Below are positions 23,182 through 32,125 of a stretch of DNA of 34,736 nt, piece by piece. Under the pieces are notes generated by a model. That model did not search any database, was not told the origin of the DNA, and was given only the letters and a program-made list of their open reading frames with translations. Made by a program: the position numbers and the translations under genes. How positions within the stretch are numbered: the stretch's first letter is position 1; every line of letters starts with the position of its first letter. The DNA is from Basidiobolus meristosporus CBS 931.73 (taxonomy: Eukaryota; Fungi; Basidiobolomycota). Location: positions 1 to 34,736 of the forward strand of contig MCFE01000800.1 of the NCBI GenBank assembly GCA_002104905.1. Direction: 5' to 3'.

Positions 23182-24401
23182 TGATATGCAAGGCTTAGGT
23201 AGAAACTAGAATGTAATTGTTGGGTTCTTCATTTTGCTGAGACACAATCATAATTTTGTTGAGACACACACTAAACCAAAAGTATCAATGAACTTTATTT
23301 ATACTTTTCTGATCAAGTTGAATTAGTCATCACCAAGAGACCAGACTAATTATAGTCTGTTGGGGTGTTGATAAGTACATAGGATAAATGAAAAATTGTA
23401 TCATTAGTCAGTTAATGTCTTGGTAACTGCTAAGTGGTTAAATAGTTCTCAGATGACTAATCACTTGGAAAGGCTTAGCAAATTAGTTGAGGGCATATTG
23501 ACCACATGAGAATTAGACTTGTTCCGTTGGATAGTGTCACATTGAGCCATGAGTGCCAAATGATGCCATAGTGTGCCAGAGAGGCCAATTGAGCCTCTAC
23601 CTGGCCACAGAGTGTGAAACATAGCTCCGCATCTTCATGCAAAGCAGCCCCTGTGTTTCACCCATTGTGTTGGAGAAAATCCATTTTTTGACCTTTTTTT
23701 GTGGATCAATGTAGCTCAGGATGTGTAAGAGCACAGGAGAACTGAAGATATGCATCTGGTACTCAATACCCATGGCACTCTGAATCTAGCTCCTGTAGCT
23801 TGTATCATGTCACAAAAATGAATGGCACTATCTTGGTCCACTGGTACTATCTGGCACTATATTTAAATATTAGCCCTAAAGTAAGATCTATACAAAGCAC
23901 TTATAGTGCCAGATAGTACCAGTGGACCAAGATAGTGCCATTCATTTTTGTGACATGATACAAGCTACAGGAGCTAGATTCAGAGTGCCATGGGTATTGA
24001 GTACCAGATGCATATCTTCAGTTCTCCTGTGCTCTTACACATCCTGAGCTACATTGATCCACAAAAAAAGGTCAACAAATGGATTTTCTCCTGCGCAATG
24101 GGTGAAACACAGGGGCTGCTTTACATGAAGATGCAGAGCTATGTTTCACACTCTGTGGCCAAGTATAGGCTCACTTGACCTCTCTGGCACACTATGGCAT
24201 CATTTGGCACTCATGGCTCAATGTGGCACTATCCAACGGAACAAGTCTATTGATTAGGTGTGACAGCTAAAAATAGATTCTGAGAAGTGATAAAATGAAC
24301 CATAACTGGAATTAGTTATGACACAATTAGGGAGAATCAAATAGGGTACTAGATTTCTAACAGTGTAAAATAGGCCAAGTTTCAAATGTTGATGCACAAC
24401 A
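23182..24401 (-). repeat. Chromovirus 5' LTR interrupted by the foldback element
   Basis: Aligns with 18967-19448 on both sides of the insert; the empty site GAGAATTGACTAGG is at about 19292. Confidence 0.85.
23515..24248. mobile_element. Non-autonomous foldback/MITE-like element: 347-bp inverted arms, 40-bp spacer, TSD ATT
   Basis: Arms 23515-23861 and 23902-24248 are reverse complements with 11 mismatches. ATT lies at 23512-23514 and 24249-24251, and the empty site is visible in the sister LTR. Confidence 0.95.
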
Positions 24402-24807
24402 AACACCTATAGTCAAGTAAATGTTCATACTGACTAGTCCTAATCTTGACTTAAGATATATGCCTCTAGCTAATGGTTTGGCAAATATGTCTGCAATTGT
24501 TACACATGTAGGACAGCAAACTAAGTTAACCAAGTAATTCTCTATAGCTTCACATATCAAGCAATGTCTAATATCTAGGTGCTTAGCTTTAGCATTGAGA
24601 GCTAGACTTTTACCTCTTTGAATACATCCTGATTATCCTGAAATAAGGTAATGGGCATATTTTGGCATAAGCCTAAATCTTTAGAGAGCTTTCTTAACCA
24701 CATTACTCCTTGAGAAACTTCACAGGCTGCCATATACTCTGCCTCTGTGGTAGAACATGCTACAGTTAATGGCTTTCAATGAAATTGCTCTTTTACAGTA
24801 AATAATG
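24402..24807 (-). pseudogene. Copia RNase H / pol C-terminus remnant (left half of an element split by the CACTA)
   Basis: ADIFAKPLAR…KSRLGLVSMN; homologous to about 32130-32535; rejoins with 30297 across TSD AATG. Confidence 0.85.
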
Positions 24808-25169
24808 CCCTATGAAGAATTATTGTAATGATCTTGTCAAAGGCCGTCACAAATTTGAAGTCCCATCACTAAGAGGTACTAATCCCATCAGGACACTGTT
24901 CAGAGACCATTGAGAAATAATTGCACCCCAGATTTCACAAAACACTTAGTCAAAATTTTTAATTACAACAATACATGAGTGGCTTCAGACTGATTCCCAT
25001 CCAACTTACTCACTTTCTGATCCTGGACACTCTATCACCTCCTATGTTTGTGTGCATTGCTTAGCTATTGCCTCTTTTCACACTCCTTACCTCCTGACTC
25101 AACTGTTTCTCTTACTCTTCATGCATACAAACTGATTTGTTTCTGTTGAAACTTCAGTTGTACCTCAAT

Positions 25170-26860
25170 TCCCAATTATATGGACATATACAAGTCCCTG
25201 TACCCTTCACTAACATTAAGCCTAACCCCACACTCAACAAGTAAATCCATAAAACTCACCACCCATTAAATATTTCTGCTGTAAAACTCTGGTCTCACAA
25301 CTTTGGCAGAAACCAAACAGCTTTATGCCACTGTTCATTCATTGGTTCCCATACATCCTGGTTTTCAGCCAGCACTGCAAGGTCTAGAACCTCATCTGCC
25401 AGTCTTTGCAATAAATCCTTGCAATATTCAGGTGCATTTTCTTGAGCACTGTTGATGTTGTGCCTTGTCTGTCAGTAAGATCTCTACACTCACAATAACA
25501 GAGGATATGGAGGCTGTGGTAGACATATTGCCTTTTTCTGCAAACTCATCTACCTTGCTGGAGTGTAGCTCAACTGACTGCGCTTCCAACTCTTGTCAAA
25601 ACAACTGTTTTCTTGTTGGTAATTCTTCTTGGCTATGATGGTATTCAGTCTGTTCTGGGCTTGCAGTGTTGATTAGCAAGAGCTGCGGTTTTTTTTGCAT
25701 GCCTCCGTGTCTTAGGCCTGGGTAGGCATTTTTCCCTTTACCTTTTCCTTTACCACTGCCAGGTCTTTCCCTGCTACTATGTCTGAGTGCTTCTTGTAAT
25801 GATCCACATTTTTGCCTTGATAAGTTCTGCTCTGACACATCTATTTTGGCCTGCCTGTCACTTGCTGGCACTCTCCTGGCAACCTGACAATTCTTTCCCA
25901 CCTGTTTTGAGCTCATCACCATAGTTATGATGGGCTCCTGTAAAAGCCGCTTATTTCTATCACTGCCAGGTCCATCACTGCTACTTTGACTGAGTGTTTC
26001 TTGAGTGGTACTACACTTTTCCTTGATAAATGTTGTGCTGGTGCATCTATGTCTGCCTGCTTGTCCCTAATTGGCACTCTTCTGGCTACCTGACATCTCT
26101 TTGACACTTGTCTGGAGCTTTTGGCCCTACTTATAATGGGCCCTTGAGGAAGACGCTGGTTTTTAGCTATGGCACCGTTGTTCTTCTGCCTATGATAGTA
26201 TCTTCTATTCTTAAGATACTTTCTTAGCATACCAATGCTTGCCCAAAATCCATTTGCCCATTTGAATCCAGGATAATGCTCATGAAACAAGTCAAGTGCA
26301 TTCTCTTGACCTTAAGTTCCTGATGGTTGCATGGTATGCAAGCCTTATGGTGATGGCATGCTAGACTTCTGCCGGCCTCTTGATACTAGCCCACTCTTCA
26401 TTATTGCACTCAATGGCTTCATGGATCTTCAATGTCTTTTGATTTTTAGGCTTTGGTATAAACACCACATTGTCTCCCTCCCATGCTGTGATAGGCTTTT
26501 CTGTGGGCTTCATCTTTGGGCACTGTTGTTGTGCTTAAAAACTATACAGTGTTCCTCTGTTGTTACATTGGGAAATGGCTCATTTCATGGCTGTGACATT
26601 AAGCAACTAGAGTTTCTTCTTTGCAGCAAAGATACTGCTTTCTCTACCTGGGATATTGACTGCTTTACATGTGTTATCTGCTCATCCTATTTCTGGATTA
26701 TTTCCTGACTTCTCTGGGCCATTGCATCTATTGTACCAGCCACTGTAGCTAATTGCTTCATTAATGCTTTGGTATGCAATGACAACATAATTGCTAATAT
26801 GTGTAGTGGTGATGTTATGAGAGCTACTTGCTGGTCTTCAACTGAGGGTACTGTGTTTGC
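25170..26860 (-). pseudogene. CACTA ORF2 remnant with an internal tandem duplication of about 207 bp; unknown function
   Basis: ORF pieces 25925..26290 (HYPGFKWANGFWASIGMLRKYLKNRRYYHRQK) and 25596..25922; homologous frames in two other copies. Boundaries approximate. Confidence 0.6.
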
Positions 26861-27375
26861 TACATTCTTATCTGCCTGAACATAATTGTCAGCTTGCGGC
26901 TCTGCAGAGGTTTCAATTGCCTATGTGACTGAGAGCCTGAGGAGTCTGCATTATTACCCACAGTGGGCACACTGTAACATGGCCTTTTTTGGACGTAGCC
27001 CTGCTTGTTGCACTGAATGTCAAAGCAAGCTGTTGTCCAACTGTTCTTCTGCTGCTGTCAGCCATGGGGCTTGGCTGGGAACCAGACATCCTTGCTTTAT
27101 TTTTGGTGGCATATATATGGAAGTGAATTAGACCAAATGGGAAATAGTATTATGTATTAGTGTGTATGTGGTGCCACAACTTTATTTATAATGCTTACTA
27201 TGGCAGGTCATCATTAAATCTTACATTCATGTAGGAGCAATGCCTCAAATACAAGACTGTCTTAATTCACATATGTATTGACCAAAAAGTGATATAATAG
27301 CATTACATTGTTGAAGGTCAAACTGCTTTCCCCATGGACAAGACTCCTGTGATACAACACTATAACAGAAGATAA

Positions 27376-29500
27376 AAAAGACCATGTGGATATTATAGCA
27401 AGTTTCTCAGCCATAGAGCAGGCAGACAGCATAGGAATTATTACAAGGATCATGGCCAGTGTTTTGCCACACAAGTCATATTTGACCATGTATTGGTCAC
27501 TACTGTACCAACATTATCTTGCCAGCCAGTTGATACATTTATATTGGCAACTGACTGTCTTTGTCACCTTATGCAAACTGAGTCAGGTGAGTTTGTGACG
27601 CCTTTAGGTCCACCACAGCCTTCTGAATATGGCACATAGATTGATAGCTCTGGAGAAGCAGGCTCACTGATGGATTGTGAGCCTATCTTCCCTAACAACA
27701 GTACCCTGCATGAGCCTGGCAAATCCTATTATGCAATGAGACAACACCCATAAAAAATGGCAAGGATACTTTAAAGGGTCAAGTGAACCCAGTAGTCCAT
27801 CTATTGGTGAATGATGTAATGTTGTGGCTAGAGAAGTGGCATGTTCCCACTAATATCAAGCGCAAACATATTGGATATATTTGACGGCATACATTACAAA
27901 CAGCTAAGAAGCAAGGCCTACTTTGAAGGTATGTATAACCATACTTTTGCCTTAGCACTTGATTAATTCTCATTGAACAAGTACACTACCAGCAAATCCT
28001 TCTGGCCACTAATTCTCATCAATCTGAATCTGCTGCCCATCTTATGGTATCAGAGCAATAATATGCTGGTAGTCTCACTGGTATTTGAGCCTAAATCACC
28101 AACCAACCTGGATAGCTACCTCTATCTATTGCTGGATGTAAAAGTGCATATTATTATCTGCATTGGAAATACCTCAGCCATCAGCAAGATAGCAGGTTTT
28201 TCCAGGTGCAACAGAAAGTATTGCTGTCAAGTGTGTTAGATCCAGGGGATATACTCCATAACTCACACACATTATTATTACCAAAACACCAGCACTAACA
28301 ACATCATATTCCCACAAAGACAATATACAGAAGTCAGCATGCAATTGCAGCAAAGTTGGCAAGCTATTAGCCATTGGCTGGAATATGGAATCAACTGGAA
28401 ACCAAAGATACTTAAGATAGAGGAAATCTGTCAGAGCAAAAGCTTTCCACAAGGAGCAATGTATTTGCTTTCAACAATATTCCTATACTGATAGCCAAGT
28501 TGTACATGGGGCATTTCAAGCTAAATGAGCCCTTTGAGATACTGGAGAAATATGAAAGAAATGGCAGGATTTAAAGAGTACCCAGTACCCTAGGTACTTC
28601 TCACAGGCTCCAATAAACATTCATATGCAGCAATTCAAGAAGTGATTGAACATAATGAACTTTTCAAGAAATAGTAATGATAGTTGACCTGTTGTTTATT
28701 CATAAAGAGGGTCAGTAATTATACCTTTGTGGAAGTAATACAACTGTAACACCAAGTAAGGAGGGTTTCTTAACATTCAGGAGCATGCTGTAACACTTTC
28801 AGGGCTAGTACATAATGCTTGGTAAAAAGTGTTTATTTGATCTTGACTATCAGGGAATGATCATAGGATCATAGAGCTGAAGATACTGGTAAAGTTGGGG
28901 CTGCAAATTAGCCCTAAAGTGTCCAAGACTAGTCTAGGATTGATAAGTAAGCTTCTAGCTGCAGAATGATACCAAAGAGTTCAATATTTCAGCATCTTAC
29001 ACATATGCAATAACACAAGTGCAAGGACTAGCTGAACTGAACATGTTTTTATTCAAGTGGTCTTCAATACCTTTTCTACCATGAGTACATTGGAAGTGTT
29101 GGGAGTCATATGTGTACAATATAGACAATATATCTGGAAGCAGTTCACCAATGCCAACTTGATGCATCTACAGCTTTTGTGCAAGTAGTATGTGATGGGA
29201 TTCAAGCTGCTATACTTCAAACATAATGCTGAACACATAGATCTCTGCTGCAACTGTATCCATTTGTTACTTCATCTTACTTGATGTGTCAAGAATATCT
29301 GACCTTGCTTCACCTCTTGGGAACTCCCTATGGAGTAGATGTGTGGGGAGATAGGTAGAGAAGTCAAATTGCGGGCACTTCCATATCCCAATCTCATCAA
29401 GAATATTACCGTCAAGTCTGTGATAGATCTGATGAGTTGGCACATACAGGACAGCCAGGAAGAGTTGGAAAGTACTGAGGACAGATGTGCACATGGAGAC
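27376..29500 (+). pseudogene. CACTA transposase remnant of copy B, split by a solo LTR
   Basis: DIFDGIHYKQL…SFWPLILINLNLLP…EPKSPTNLDSYL…IGNTSA, FPQGAMYLL and PMExMCG…PYPNLIKN motifs; putative N-terminal Cys/His segment at 27376-27650; internal deletions. Confidence 0.85.
28626..28994 (-). mobile_element. Copia solo LTR at the same site in the transposase as 15446-15814
   Basis: Reverse complement of the 15446 LTR with matching flanks on both sides. The TSD reads TAAGA/TATGA on the minus strand (one mismatch). Confidence 0.92.
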
Positions 29501-30296
29501 ACCTATATGGGACTAGAATCCAGCAGGGAAAAGCAATATATTTGCTAAATACCTAGAAGTTCTTTGCAGATATTCAGGAGGTACTAATGGCAGAAGCAGC
29601 AGAAGTGGCAACAACCAAGCATTTGTTTGCAAGATGTATATGTTACCAGCAGTACTTGGTATATGTCAACTTTGCAAGTATCACATTAAAAGGCCATAAA
29701 GCTGAGGTGATAGAATTATGTCAATTGTGGCAGGTATGTGTGTTTTTAGAGGTTAGTAAGTAGGAGGTCATAGTATTTTTTGATTTGAAATATATGTGGA
29801 ATACCCAAGGTAGTAGTGGGTAAGCAAATAAAGAGGGGTGATTCTACACTGGAGTATATGAATTGTACAAGGGGAGGTAGAAAAAAATACCATTTGGTGA
29901 ATTGGTATGGTAGCATTATATAGAACTAGCTGTAGGCCACCATACTGCCATTATAATGCCACCAGAGTCTTGCTGTAAGGCCATTGAAATGCTGTCAGAT
30001 TTTTGCCATATAGGTCAATTGATGTCCTGGCCAGTTGGATCCATTTAAGATAGTCCTAGAGCGCAATCAGACCTCAATAATGCAATGCAATCATTGTTGC
30101 AGCACCAAAAAAGTCCTGTCAAGTTTTATAATCTTATTTGGCAGTAAAATTAGCAAAACACTGTAATGATCCCATAATAAGATTGTTAAGAGGATCACTG
30201 GTTCCAAACTGCTTGTATTGTGACAGTCTCTTAACAGGATCCTGATGGCTGATCCAGATTGGATCCACCTGTGGGACCAAATTATTTTTCATAGGG

Positions 30297-31190
30297 AATG
30301 GTGTATCCTGTGGTGGATCTTCTGTCCTCATAATTTTGTCCTCAATCAGAGTCAAAGCATCTCACAAAATCCTGTTCTGAATTCCTATAGGGGTACCTTA
30401 AGCAGATATCAGCAGTTCTGTGTTGATATCTGAAATCTACCTAACTGCTGCAATATGTTCTGATCCATAGTTCTGATTATACAGGCTGACAAGACCCATC
30501 AGGTATCAGATATTGGGACATGTTCCAAGCATAATGTACATCAGACTATCAACCTTAAACTGATAAGGATAGTCAGGGCCTTCAGATGGCACTAAGCTCT
30601 CTTGATCCAATTGTGTTTTGACCAATTTAAGGTGTCTCTGTTGGGGTAGCTGCAGGTGTAAAGTTTTCCATTTGGTACTTCTTTAACATATCTTGAATAT
30701 ACCTGAGTTGGCTTAGGGTTATAGTCTGGGTACTTCAATCTATGAAGAACAATACTCCTAGGAAGTAACTGAAATCTTCTAGATCAGACATCTTGAACTC
30801 CTTAGATATGCTGAATCTAGTATCTTCCAATGTGTCAAGATTATTGGCAGCTATAATAAGTTCATCAGCATATAGAGCTGATAGAGCTGGATCTATTCTA
30901 TCTGGCTTATAGAATATGCTGTGGTAGGGGTTCCCCTTTGGAAACTCAAAAATTTCTAATAAGAATCTACGCAATTCCAGGCTCTTGGTGACTGTTTGAG
31001 TACAGATAGTGAATTTGGAGCCTGCTGACCAAATAGGGGTTGTCTTGGTTTGCAAACCCATCATACTAGTTCTCATACATGTTCTTATTAAGTTCCTCAT
31101 TCAAAAATGCAGCTTTGACAGCCATTTGGTATATAAAGAACCAATACTTGGTTGCAATAGCCCATAAAAATCTGATGTGATTAAACTTAG
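30297..31190 (-). pseudogene. Copia RT remnant (right half of the element split by the CACTA)
   Basis: Direct repeat of about 32530-33430 with deletions; …ALYADELIIAANNL…SKEFKMSDL. Confidence 0.85.
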
Positions 31191-31451
31191 CTCTTGAGAA
31201 TAGACACAAGGCAGGAGAGTAGAGCTAGGCAAGATGGATTTTCAAGTTAAGGCTGCATATTCAAGATCTGTGTTTATCAGACTGAGGAATAAATAAGGGG
31301 GGATAGCACTATATATACTTTTTTGCAATATGGATGCCAAGAGATATTGGCAAATACTAATGGGGCTATGGGGTGAGGCACAGTAAGCGTGCTAAGGTAG
31401 AAATATATTAAAGAACAGACTAGAACATCACATGTGGATATGCCAAGAGTC

Positions 31452-31735
31452 TGTTGTAAAAGTTTGTAATTCCACCTAAATATTCACCCAACTTAGTCAC
31501 TTATATCATTACCTTCAAATCCTAGAGAATACTGACCAAATTCCTTGTTGGGTTTACTTGGAATGTTTTCACCAAAATACCAGGTACTCAGAACATGAAA
31601 ATTCTCAAAGTTGTCCAAGCAGCCCCAAACTTTGCACATATGTTTTTGGCACCTTTCTTAGCCTATTCTACATGTTTGTAATGCCTAGACCATGTAAAAG
31701 TATAAATACTACTTTTACACTCAATAAATACAACA
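31452..31735 (+). mobile_element. Copia solo LTR (284 bp, U5 region deleted)
   Basis: TGTTGTAAAA…TACAACA with 5-bp TSD GAGTC (31447-31451, 31736-31740); reverse complement of 31766-32114 but 65 bp shorter, lacking the sequence after the AATAAA; TATAAA at 31701. Confidence 0.88.
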
Positions 31736-31765
31736 GAGTCATCTGGTCATGTGACTAGTTTATGT

Positions 31766-32114
31766 TGTTGTAAGAGTCTTGGAGATATTGGAAGTGATTG
31801 GGAGAACAAGTAGATTATGTGGTTTTCACTTAATGATTGATTGAATGTAAAAGTAGTATTTATACTTTTACCTGGTCTTGGCATTACAAACATGTAGAAT
31901 AGATTGAGGAAGGTCCCAAGAACATGTGTGCAAAGTTTGGTGCTGTTTGGACAACTTTGAGAATTTTCATGTTCTGGGTACCTGGTATTTTGGTGAAAAT
32001 ATTCTAAGTAAATCCCGACAAGGAATTTGGTCAGTATTCTCTAGGATTTGAAGGTGATGATCTAAGTGACTAAGTTAGGTGAGTATTTAGGTGGAAATAC
32101 AAATTTTTACAACA
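31766..32114 (-). repeat. 3' LTR (349 bp)
   Basis: Minus strand TGTTGTAAAA…CTTACAACA with TATAAATAC; it directly follows the pol stop and PPT. Confidence 0.9.
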
Positions 32115-32125
32115 CTCCCACACAG

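Larger units (their letters stand above)
18967..24401 (-). mobile_element. Decayed Ty3/gypsy chromovirus with both LTRs
   Basis: Direct LTRs at 18967-19448 (482 bp) and 23182-24401 (483 bp after removing the foldback insert and one TSD copy), a PPT, and gag-PR-(RT)-RH-IN-chromodomain order on the minus strand. No TSD found. Confidence 0.88.
24808..30296 (+). mobile_element. Two-ended CACTA/CMC DNA transposon (copy B), 5489 bp including a 369-bp solo LTR
   Basis: Left end CCCTATGAAGAATTATT and right end (reverse complement) CCCTATGAAAAATAATT give a 15/17 TIR match. The 4-bp TSD is AATG (24804-24807, 30297-30300), and the flanks rejoin into continuous copia pol homologous to 32515-32550. Confidence 0.92.

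Noticed and set aside
23870-23882. TTAGCCCTAAAGT in the foldback loop also occurs in the solo LTR at about 28908
   Set aside because: It is only 13 bp with no extension on either side, which is compatible with chance in AT-rich sequence.
28045-28056. Perfect TGGTATCAGAGC (classic plant tRNAiMet PBS), also on the minus strand at 16431-16442
   Set aside because: No LTR precedes it. It lies inside the CACTA transposase frame (L-W-Y-Q-S, probably from L-R-Y by CpG decay), and the two occurrences are the same site in duplicated copies.
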